Positions 40,228 through 51,024 of a DNA stretch of 64,000 nt are shown one piece after another. Position 1 is the first letter of the stretch. Each line of letters starts with the position of its first letter. The DNA is from Eledone cirrhosa. Lineage: Eukaryota. The position numbers and the translations under genes are program-made. The notes beneath the pieces were generated by a model that was given only the letters and a program-made list of their open reading frames with translations, was not told the origin of the DNA and did no database searches. The stretch lies in assembly GCA_964016885.1 (NCBI GenBank), contig OZ024740.1, positions 397,296,001 to 397,360,000 of the forward strand, read 5' to 3'.

Positions 40228-41696
40228 TATTAACAACGAATATAGTGAAGAGTTTAGTGTAAAAGTTGGCGTCCATCAGGGCTCTGTTCTCAGCCCCCTA
40301 CTATTTATTATTGCCCTTCAGGCTATAACAGAGGAGTTCAAGACAGGCTGCCCATGGGAACTCCTATACGCAGACGACCTGACACTCATAGCGGAATCAA
40401 TGGCCGAGCTAGAGAAGAAATTCCAAACATGGAAGCACGGCCTAGAGTCAAAAGGACTTAAAATTAACCTGGCTAAGACCAAAGTTCTAGTTTGTAGGAA
40501 AGAAAACAAGGCGGCGGTCCCTTCTGGGAAATGGTCGTGCTCGGTATGTAGGAAAGGCGTAGGTAGAAACTCCATCTTATGTCCTAAATGCAAAGTATGG
40601 GTGCATAAAAGATGTAGTGGGATCACAGGTAAGCTAACTAAGAACATAGACTTTACATGTGGCCGGTGTTCTGGTGCAATAAGTAGCAGCAAGTGCCCAC
40701 AAAATACTAGCTCTTTCAATTGCGCAGAGGGTTCTATAGAAATAGTGGACAGCTTCCGTTACCTGGGCGATAAAATCAGCAGTGGGGGAGGGTGCTCTGA
40801 AAGTACTGTAGCTAGAGTCAGAACTGGTTGGAAAAAGTTCAGAGAGCTTATACCACTATTAGCTGCTAAAGGGTTCTCCCTAAAAATGAAAGGCAGGTTG
40901 TACGATGCCTGCATACGAACAGCAATGTTGCATGGTAGTGAGACCTGGGCATTGTGTGCAGAGGATATACGCAGACTAGAGAGGAACGAAGCTTGCATGC
41001 TCCGCTGGATGTGTAACAGTAATATACGTGAACGGCAAAGCATAAACGAACTAAGGAAAAAATTAGAGATAAGAGGGATCAGATGTTGTTTACTCGAGAG
41101 AAGGCTGCGTTGGTATGGACACGTGATGCGCATGAAAGTCGATAGCTGTATTACAAAGTGCAGGGCAATAAAGATAGACGGTAGCCACGGAATAGGCAGA
41201 CCTAGAAAAACATGGGATGAGCTGATAAACTCCGACCTCACACACTTACACCTCTCCAAGACAATGTCACTGGACCGTGACCTTTGGCGGTACTCAGTAA
41301 CAGAGAAGACCCGCCTTGCCAGTAGGCATCTCTAACAAAATACACCCCTCCCGCCGCCACCCCCACCCCATCCACACCACCCCGTTCTATGTAAAGTTAT
41401 GTTGGTGCCGCGCCATCCAGGCCGAAACAAATGAGATCGTGTAGGTGTCACGACAAAAAAACACACAGTCCACGCTGTAATGTGGCCGTGTAGGCAACAC
41501 GGTAAAAACCTCCCAGTCCCACACTGTAAATGTGGTTGGTGTTAGGAAGGGCATCCAACTGTAGAAAACCTGCCAGACAGTCCTATGCGAGCAAGACAAT
41601 CACTCTTGCCTCAAGTGGGACTACCCCCGTCCAAACCCATGCAAGCGTGGAACACGGACGTTAAACGTTGATGATGATGATGATGATGATGATGAT
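40228..41696 (+). mobile_element. Young 5'-truncated RTE LINE with uninterrupted RT C-terminal half
   Basis: ORF 40100..41335: GVHQGSVLSPLLF, YADD, C4HC3 finger, FRYLG, HGSETW, RRLRWYGHV; GAT tail. The ORF's first ~43 aa come from flanking DNA. Confidence 0.95.
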
Positions 41697-43034
41697 TATT
41701 ACATATTCACTTTAATATCTATTAATGCAGACTTGTGAATAAAAGAATTAAAGCTGACCAACCAGTTTAACTTTTTAAGGTGATAGGGTATGGTTTGAAG
41801 GATATTTGGCTGCTATTTCTAGAGCGTTGGATAAACATGTAGATGCTTCCTTGTAGTTCCATTTTAACATGCTTTTCTCAGTGGTGCATATTTAAATCTC
41901 ATCTCACCTTGTGACACACAACATCCTCATTTATCACTTTACCACTTTACTTAACTTTCTCTGCCAGAACTATGATTCACTGTCAGAACATCTCACCTCC
42001 TTCCAATATTCATTATTTGTATTTCCCGCTGAGGTTAACTTTGCCTTTCATCCTTACGGGGTCGATAAAATAAAGTACCAGTAATGCAGTGGGATAATTA
42101 CTGGCCTTGTGCCAAATGTAGAAACAATTATTTGTATTATGTGTCTATAGCACTGCAGGCAATGAATATGGTTAATGGGACATTAACATTAAATGTGATT
42201 CTTTAGATGTTCTGCATTAGCGTATATTTAAAGCAGAGCCTACTTGAACCGAGAGTAGCTCAGCATTAGCCCTTTCACTATCATTTTCAATTTTTTTTAA
42301 ATAATCAAGAATTTGGAAGGATTTAGTAATATAATTTTCTCATTATGAAGTTGACGTTCAGAACAGAACTTAACAAAATTCTTACATAAAATTATGATAA
42401 AAGGTTTTTAAATAAATATAAACACTTTAAAACAAATGCTTTTCTATCATAGAACCATAGGCAGGTTCAGACAGTTTCTGTATTCTTCTCCTCCAGGTTG
42501 CCCTCTGTCTCAGAGTTCATCTAGCTCTAATTAGTAAGTCACTACTACTAGATTATGCAGGGAGGTGCATTTCTCACCCAGGTGGACCTTTGTGTTTACA
42601 ACCATCACTGTCTCTCTTTCTGGTGAGGATGAAATCTATTTGACTGGTGTGCTCACCTGATCTTTAGGTGATCAAGTGGTTGTCAGGTTTTTTAAGTTAA
42701 TGTTACAGATCATAAGTTCATTAGCATCACAGAATTCCAAAGTCAAGGTATCATCACCACCATCACCGTTTTACATCCCTTCTTCCGCGCTAGCATGGGT
42801 TAGACGGGTTGTCCTGTTGTGGGCAGTAGCTGATTGGCTGACCATGCCTTGCTCATACGGGAACTTATTCTAGCTTGATTTCTACAACTGGATGCCCTTC
42901 CTAACACCAACCTCATTTACAGTGTGGGCTAGGTGCTTTTTTTCCGTGGCGCCTCCACAATCATTTTGCAGTAGGAGGGTGTGGGGGCATATTGTCTATA
43001 TGCTTCAGCATCGGCTTGTACCCGTGAGGGGTCG

Positions 43035-43650
43035 GATATACCTTGACTTTACTAAAGCTTTCAATTCTGTGCCACACAAAAGACTTATAGCAAAACTCTC
43101 TGCAATGGGTGTGAAGGATGATCTTTTTAACTGGTTGAAGTCCTTAATTCTCAGTAGAAGGGAGGTAGTCACAGTTCTAGGACAGCACTCCTCACCATAT
43201 GAGATGTCATCTGGTGTAACACAGGGATCTGTTCTTGGCCCCCTTTTGTTTGTGGCATATATTAATGACATAGATGCCAACTTAAAGAATGCCATAATAC
43301 TGAAATGTGCAGATGACATCAAGCTCTACCTTGAGATAAAAAAGACAGATCCTGAACACTATAGATCTTTCAAGCAATCTGACCTGGACACAATGCAACA
43401 TTGGATCATGGACTGGCAACTCAAGTTGCATTTTGGGAGCAAAAATCCCAGCGTCCACATACTCCCTACACAACACTAATATCAAGAAGTCTTCTTGTGA
43501 ATGTGACCTGGGCATTACTGTCAGCAGCAATTTGCGTTGGACGAAGCACGTCTCTAAAATTGTCAAAAAGGCTGAGGGTGTCTTAGCATCACTCAGCAAG
43601 ACCTTTGTCAGCTGTTCTCGAGCTATCTATTTAAAGCTGTATATAGCTAT
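43035..43650 (+). mobile_element. CR1/Jockey-group LINE RT fragment, decayed
   Basis: IYLDFTKAFNSVPHKRL...SGVTQGSVLGPLLFVAYIND...CADDIKLY; DLGITVSSNLRWTKHV; abuts an antisense RTE 3'UTR fragment (42750-43035). Confidence 0.85.
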
Positions 43651-43651
43651 A

Positions 43652-43705
43652 TAATGCTCCGATGACTCCAAACGAAAGTTTGGAAGAAACGATTGTCAGC
43701 TATTA
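43652..43705 (+). ncRNA. Minimal hammerhead ribozyme variant
   Basis: taatgct-CCGATGA-ctccaaac GAAA gtttggaa-GAAA-cgattg-TC-agctatta; one core mismatch; GNRA-capped stem II. Confidence 0.65.
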
Positions 43706-43790
43706 AATGATTTGAACACAACTTTGATAATTGTCTAATTTATATATATAAATATATATATCATCATCATCATATATATATGTATATATG

Positions 43791-45252
43791 TCATCATCAT
43801 CATCATCATCATCAACGTTTAACGTCCGTGTTCCACGCTTGCATGGGTTTGGACGGGGGTAGTCCCACTTGAGGCAAGAGTGATTGTCTTGCTCGCATAG
43901 GACTGTCTGGCAGGTTTTCTACAGTTGGATGCCCTTCCTAACACCAACCACATTTACAGTGTGGGTCTGGGAGGTTTTTACCGTGTTGCCTACACGGCCA
44001 CATTACAGCGTGGACTGTGTGTTTTTTTGTCGTGACACCTACACGATCTCATTTGTTTCGGCCTCGATGGCGCGGCACCAACATAACTTTACATAGAACG
44101 GGGTGGTGTGGATCGGGTGGGGGTGGTGGTGGTGGGACGGGGTGTATTTTGTTAGAGATGCCTACTGGCTGGAGTAGGTTTTACTATATATTTTTAGGTA
44201 AGGCGGGTCTTCTCTGTTACTGAGTACCGCCAAAGGTCTCGGTCCAGTGACATTGTCTTGGAGAGGTGTAAGTGTGTGATGTCGGAGTTTATCAGCTCGT
44301 CCCAGGTTTTTCTAGGTCTGCCTATTCCGTGACTACCGTCTATCTTTATTGCCCTGCACTTTGTTATACAGCTATCGACTTTCATGCGCATCACGTGTCC
44401 ATACCAACGTAGCCTTCTCTCGAGTAAACAACATCTGATCCCTCTTATCTCTAATTTTTTCCTTAGTTCGTTTATGCTTTGCCGTTCACGTATATTACTG
44501 TTACACATCCAGCGGAGCATGCAAGCTTCGTTCCTCTCTAGTCTGCGTATATCCTCTGCACACAATGCCCAGGTCTCACTGCCATGCAGCATTGCTGTTC
44601 GTATGCAGGCATCGTACAACCTGCCTTTCATTTTTAGTGAGAACCCTTTAGCAGCTAATAGTGGTATAAGCTCTCTGAACTTTTTCCAACCAGTTCTGAC
44701 TCTAGCTACAGTACTTTCAGAGCACCCTCCCCCACTGCTGATTTTATCGCCCAGGTAACGGAAGCTGTCCACTATTTCTATAGAACCCTCTGCGCAATTG
44801 AAAGAGCTAGTAGTTTGTGGGCACTTGCTGCTACTTATTGCACCAGAGCACCGGCCACATGTAAAATCTATGTTCTTAGTTAGCTTACCTGTGATCCCAC
44901 TACATCTTTTATGCACCCATACTTTGCATTTAGGACATAAAATGGAGTTTCTACCTACGCCTTTCCTACACACCGAGCACGACCATTTCCCAGAAGGGAC
45001 CGCCGCCTTGTTTTCTTTCCTACAAACTAGTACTTTGGTCTTAGCCAGGTTAATTTTAAGTCCTTTTGACTCTAGGCCGTGCTTCCATGTTTGGAATTTC
45101 TTCTCTAGCTCGGCCATTGATTCCGCTATGAGTGTCAGGTCGTCTGCGTATAGGAGTTCCCATGGGCAGCCTGTCTTGAACTCCTCTGTTATAGCCTGAA
45201 GGGCAATAATAAATAGTAGTGGACTGAGAACAGAGCCCTGGTGGACGCCAAC
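43791..45252 (-). mobile_element. Young 5'-truncated RTE LINE, near-identical to 40228-41696 but inverted
   Basis: ORF 44194..45117(-) differs from the 40.1-kb ORF by only a few residues. Confidence 0.95.
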
Positions 45253-45269
45253 TTATATATATATATATA

Positions 45270-46023
45270 CATTATATTAATAAATGGAAACTATATTTAT
45301 AAAACCATAATTATTTTATTATATATATTTCAAGGGCAACCAAGGCAAATTTTGGTGCGCTTTCATCAGATAAAATACAAAATTTGTTTTATAAATGTTG
45401 ACATACCCGCCGAAGAACAATCTTGGCAGTTGGAGGTTCGCTGGATAGTGGAAAAATTTTATTGAGGGTGATTCAAAGTTATGTGTGAGTATGCAAATGA
45501 ATGTCCGAAAAAATTGAAAAAAACAACGGTTTATTTAAATTTTGCTGTTGGACGAAGAGAGAGAGAGAGGGAGAGAGAGAGAGAGAGAGAGAGATTTTGA
45601 GGAAGAATCAGTCCACAGTACTCTCTGCTCTCTCTTTTCCTCTCTCTCTCTTCGTCCAACAGTAAAATTTAAATAAACCGTTGTTTTTTTCAATTTTTTC
45701 GGACATTCATTTGCATACTCACACATAACTTTGAATCACCCTCAATAAAATTTTTCCACTATCCAGCGAACCTCCAACCGCCAAGGTTGTTCTTCGGCGG
45801 GTATGTCAACATTTATAAAACAAATTTTGTATTTTATCTGATGAAAGCGCACCAAAATTTGCCTTGGTTGCCCTTGAAATATATATAATAAAATAATGAT
45901 GGTTTTATAAATATAGTTTCTATTTATTAATATAATGAATATTTACTCCACCAATCTGTTGAATGCTTTATATCAGTTATAAAACTTTTAAGTTTGTTGA
46001 ATTCCAACAAATTAAATATAACC
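45270..46023. mobile_element. Penelope-type fold-back pLTR element (~300-bp inverted arms) with two hammerheads
   Basis: 45270-45565 is the reverse complement of 45640-45937; hammerheads at 45312-45377 (-) and 45830-45895 (+). Confidence 0.85.
45830..45895 (+). ncRNA. Minimal type I hammerhead ribozyme
   Basis: tattttat-CTGATGA-aagcgcacc...ggttgccctt-GAAA-tatata-TA-ataaaata. Confidence 0.85.
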
Positions 46024-46203
46024 CTTGCATATATATATATATATATATATACATACATACACACACATATGTAGTCTGCTGGTCTGGCTCATGACAAGTT
46101 CTTCCACCACTTCAGGGTTGAGTGGTTAAGAGTTGGTAAAGCATCTTACTTTCAAAACAAATGTTCAAACGAAACTATTCCACTTATATTATTAACAAAA
46201 ATA

Positions 46204-46388
46204 GGGCGGTGAATTGGCAGTATCGGTAGAGGGTCGGACATGCTTTCCAGCATAGTTACGTCCCTTTACGATCTGAGTTCAAATCCTGCCGAGGTTAACT
46301 TTGCCTTTCATCCATACGGGGGTCGATAAAGTACCAGTAATGTACTGAGTAATTGCTGGCCTTGTGCCAAAAGTAGAAACAATTATTA
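46204..46388 (+). mobile_element. SINE family 2 copy
   Basis: Homologous to 23568-23760; further partial copies at ~42022-42130 (+) and ~61381-61500 (-). Confidence 0.8.
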
Positions 46389-47429
46389 AGGAAAATAAAT
46401 ATAAAACAGAAAGATAATAACATACATACACATACGCATACATATAGACAGACATACTGACAGTTAGATATGTTCATGTGTGGGTGTATATTTACATTTA
46501 TATGTATGTATGTATGCAGGAATACATGTATGTATGCAGGAATACATGTATGTATGCATGTATGTATGCATATAGGTATGTATGCATGTTCTTCTGGTTT
46601 TATAATTTCACATATGTTTGCCAATAGAGAGAGAGTCGGTTTCTAACATAGACACAAGACTCTCTCATTGGAATTTACACATCAACTAGGTAGATATGTA
46701 TGCATGTCTGCATGCATGTGTAGATATGGATGTTATTGTATGTGTGGATGTGTATGTTTTGAGTTGTATGTGTGCATGTGTATATGCTTTGTATCTGTAC
46801 ATGTGTATATGCAGTTATTAGATCCAAAATTTTGGAATGTTTTACATATTTTTACTGTTTTTTTACTGCTCCATTAATGGATTGTACTTGTATGTATGTA
46901 TGCATGTATGTATGCATTCATGTGTATATGTATGTATACACATATATACATACATTCAGACTATGATCAGAGAAAGAAAATAGTGATATTATTCTCACAG
47001 AATCTAATTGGAACAAGTGAAATAAAATGATATAATTTTAAGAGGAATCAGTAGCTATGTTTGACAGTTCTAGCTGAGAATACTGAGAATACAAATACAT
47101 TGAAGTCCATGAAATTAGAAAATTTCTCTCATCCAAATCTACAGATATTGTTTTCATTCCTTTGATTCAAGTTTTGATTGCTGGTGGTAAATTTTCTGTT
47201 TTCTTTGTTATGTTTTAGATTTGAATATGTTCAGAGAATATTTACTTACAGACAGATTGAAACTGAATAATTTGATGTCTGCTTTAGAATTCTTTGGATT
47301 GGATTGGGTTCAGTAGCATATTATCTTACAACAACCTGATTAGAATAGCAAATAAAGAGCCGCTTCACAAAGAGATGGAAACATGCACTATGGGTATATA
47401 CATAAATACATGTATGTATGTATGTACAT

Positions 47430-47478
47430 ATCTATCTATCTAACTAACTATCTATCTATTTATTTATCTATCTATCTA

Positions 47479-47556
<78 letters not shown>

Positions 47557-47557
47557 C

Positions 47558-47594
<37 letters not shown>

Positions 47595-47722
47595 CAGTAA
47601 ACAGAAATAACAAAGTAAATGACAGTACATTGAAGAAATATATTAGTGTAAGGTTTGAAATTTTAGTGTGTGTATACATATGTGTATATACATATATGTA
47701 TATATATATACATATATATATA

Positions 47723-47809
<87 letters not shown>

Positions 47810-47843
47810 GTATATATATATGTATATATATATATATATATAT
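47430..47843. repeat. Compound microsatellites (TCTA)n, (TG)n, (TA)n
   Basis: Direct inspection. Confidence 0.95.
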
Positions 47844-47880
47844 AGTGGTAGAACACTGGAAGGTAATATCCGTAGTGGAT

Positions 47881-47923
47881 TACGAGCTGAGGATCTGCTA
47901 AGGTGAAACAATTGTTTTCGGTA
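47881..47923 (+). ncRNA. Very small minimal hammerhead in a ~107-bp insert (47844-47950) inside (TA)n
   Basis: tacgag-CTGAGGA-tctgctaaggt-GAAA-caattg-TT-ttcggta. Confidence 0.6.
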
Positions 47924-47948
47924 TGGTGAACTAACTGTTGTGTAACCA

Positions 47949-48000
<52 letters not shown>

Positions 48001-48005
<5 letters not shown>

Positions 48006-48425
48006 AAATAAAAATCCGAAGGCAAGGTAAAGTTCCAATCATTTAATCACGACACATGTTTCAATAAGAGATCGATTGTGAAGCCATGATCGATTATCAC
48101 TGATCTCATCAGGTGAAAATGAATTGTCTTCAAATTCTTGATATGAGGGAGAAAAAATAACAATGTTCTCTCACAGAATTCATTCCCTCATATGGAGACA
48201 CACCAGTCAGAAACACGGCGACTGCTATTAGCTTCAGTTGAGGTCATAAAAGTTTTCAGATTTCTATCGCTGCAAAAGACGCTGGACATCAATCAAATCT
48301 GTAGAGATACAGTCAATCACAGTTAAAAGTAAGTGGATACACACACTCCACACCCACATACATCGGCTCGAGGTCAAATCTCAATTTGACGATGTAAATT
48401 AGAAATATTGGGTTAACCAACGCCC

Positions 48426-48467
<42 letters not shown>

Positions 48468-49462
48468 AGTAAGTTCAGTTCAGTGTTCTGCTATACGTGT
48501 ATAGATCGAATTGTAACATCCATATCTTCAAGTGTATGTTATGGTATATACACATCCGAATCGTCCAAAAAAGGGTATGTCCGGGTATATACACATCCAT
48601 GTGAAGAGTGGATACAACCCCGGCTATCGAGGGTAACCCCAATGGCCGCACGGAGGGTTCACCGCCCTGGAGACTTGGGACGATTCCGAATACAATCGTG
48701 ACACCCCAGGACACCATCGACCCACAGGTAATTTCCAGTTACAATAGACCAGTAACTACTAGGGAGACAGGTAATTCTAATATAGTTAGTAGGAACAAGA
48801 GACATCGGACCAGAAAAGCCCTGTGGTATAATCCCCCTTACTCCACTGGCCTGACCACTAGTATAGCTAAGCTTTTCTTTAGGGCCTTAGACAAATGCTT
48901 CCCTAGATCGCACAGATATAAAATACTCAATAGAAATACCATCAAGCTGTCCTACTCCACAACTAGTAACATATTTGTTTTTTCTCGGACATCGCTTCGG
49001 TGTGTGTGAAAGTGTGTGTGTACCCACCCACACTTACTCTACGGGTTTAATACTGTTGATGTGTGTATATATATGTATATATTTTTCTTTGACCCCGAGC
49101 CGATGTATGTGGGTGTGGAGTGTGTGTACCCACTTACTTTTAACTGTAACTGACTGTATCTCTACAGATTTGATTGATGTCCAGCGTCTTTTGCAGCGAT
49201 AGAAAACTTTTATGACCTCAACTGAAGCTAATAGCAGTCGCCGTGTTTCTGACTGGTGTGTCTCCATATGAGGGAATGAATTCTGTGAGAGAACATTGTT
49301 ATTTTTTCTCCCTCATATCAAGAATTTGAAGACAATTCATTTTCACCTGATGAGATCAGTGATAATCGATCATGGCTTCACAATCGATCTATCTCTTATT
49401 GAAACATGTGTCGTGATTAAATGATTGGAATTTTATCTTGCCTTCGGATTTTCATTTTGATA
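48001..49462 (+). mobile_element. Penelope-like element remnant with ~370-bp inverted pLTRs enclosing an ORF fragment
   Basis: 48001-48377 is the reverse complement of 49087-49462; internal RKALWYNPPYS...LDKCFPRSHRYKILNRNTIKLSYST (~48810-48975); hammerheads at 48047-48116 (-) and 49343-49416 (+). Confidence 0.88.
49343..49416 (+). ncRNA. Minimal type I hammerhead ribozyme
   Basis: tcac-CTGATGA-stem II-GAAA-catgtg-TC-gtga; GUC cleavage triplet; palindromic ACATGT in helix III. Confidence 0.85.
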
Positions 49463-49665
49463 CTTATACTCCGTTTTACGTCATCTAGCTGTTCCCTTGA
49501 ATGGAATTGGAGATATACAAAAGCGTGGAGAACTTAATATTGCTAACATAAATTATTGGACCATTTTATACAACCAATAATGCACCTTACTATATAACAA
49601 CTATATATATATATATATCATCATCATCATCATGGTTTAACGTCTATCTTCCATGCTAGCATGGG

Positions 49666-49751
<86 letters not shown>

Positions 49752-49755
<4 letters not shown>

Positions 49756-50409
49756 GAATTAGGATTTAGCTTCCAACATAGCTGTATACAGATATGTATT
49801 TGAATTTCGTATTTCTAAAGCAATACGGTATGTTTATAAATAAACATTTAGAAAGCCATAGCTATGAAAAACACACTGGAAGCTGATGCCACCCAGTGGC
49901 ATCTGGCAGAAGCAGGCGGGACAATCTTCGATGCATTTTGAACTCAACTGGTTCTCATCAGAACCATCTCTCCCGCTCTTGCGTTAGCTGCCAGTGTGTC
50001 TTTCATAGCTATGGCTTTCTAAATGTTTATTTATAAACATACCATATTGCTTTAGAAATACGAAATTCAAATACATATTTGCATATGGTTATGTCGAAGC
50101 TAAATCCTAATTCTATTTTAGTATAAGTTGAGCCAACTTATACAGCTTCATATGCAAATGAGATTAATTACCTCATTTACACAGATGGAAAAAATATATA
50201 TTTTCACCTGTTTTAAAAGTCTAGCAGTTGCAAGAGCGGGAGAGATCATCCTGACGAGAACCAGTTGAGTTTGAAATGCATCAACGATTGTCCCCCTTGC
50301 TTCTGCTGGACACCGGTGGGTGGTGTTAGCTGCCAGTGTGTTTTTCATAGCTATGGCTTTCTAAATGTTTATTTATAAACATACCATATTTCTTTAGAAA
50401 TACGAAATT

Positions 50410-50415
<6 letters not shown>
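49752..50415. mobile_element. Penelope-type pLTR cluster: inverted copy plus partial tandem copies, with hammerheads
   Basis: 49752-49885 is inverted relative to 49983-50117; 49886-49982 is inverted relative to 50229-50325; hammerhead at 50245-50288 (CTGACGA-gaac...gttt-GAAA-tgca-TC) and a mutated minus copy at 49925-49967. Confidence 0.75.
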
Positions 50416-50471
<56 letters not shown>

Positions 50472-50475
<4 letters not shown>

Positions 50476-50668
50476 AAAAGAGTCAGGACCCCGATGGCTG
50501 AGCTCTGGCCATTTTGACAGCTAGATCCGAATGCAGATCTAGCTGTCGAAACGGCTGGAGCTCAGTCGTCGAGGTCCTGACTCTTTTCCTATTACCCACT
50601 CTACTACCTGAAGTATTGAGTACTCTGGTGCGTTATGGTCCTCCTGGTATCTTACCACACCCTCTTTG

Positions 50669-50670
<2 letters not shown>
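50472..50670. repeat. Hairpin-headed short repeat inserted in (TA)n
   Basis: ~56-bp inverted arms at 50472-50591; related copy at 27951-28115; tail fragment at 13641-13700 (-). Confidence 0.7.
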
Positions 50671-50735
<65 letters not shown>

Positions 50736-50748
50736 TATATATATATAT

Positions 50749-50845
<97 letters not shown>

Positions 50846-50926
50846 TACACATATATACATGTGTTTATATATATACATTAAAATACCAATAGAAGGCCAA
50901 ATTGGAAAAATTTACTTTAGAATGTT

Positions 50927-51024
50927 AATTCTGCAAAAGCACTATACATATTTCAATAGCCCAGCTCTATCATCCGATTAGGATATAAGACTAGGCGATT
51001 TCATCAGGTGTTATTTGCAGAATT
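50927..51024 (-). ncRNA. Minimal type I hammerhead ribozyme
   Basis: Minus strand: aattctgcaaataacac-CTGATGA-aatcgcctag...ctgggctatt-GAAA-tatgta-TA-gtgcttttgcagaatt; long stem I. Confidence 0.85.

Noticed and set aside
49752-50117. A-to-G hyperediting in this fold-back
   Set aside because: Only about four G-T arm differences mixed with other changes; not distinguishable from ordinary divergence.
47383-50981. YI-, CV- and HT-rich ORFs
   Set aside because: Translations of (TA)n and (TG)n microsatellites.
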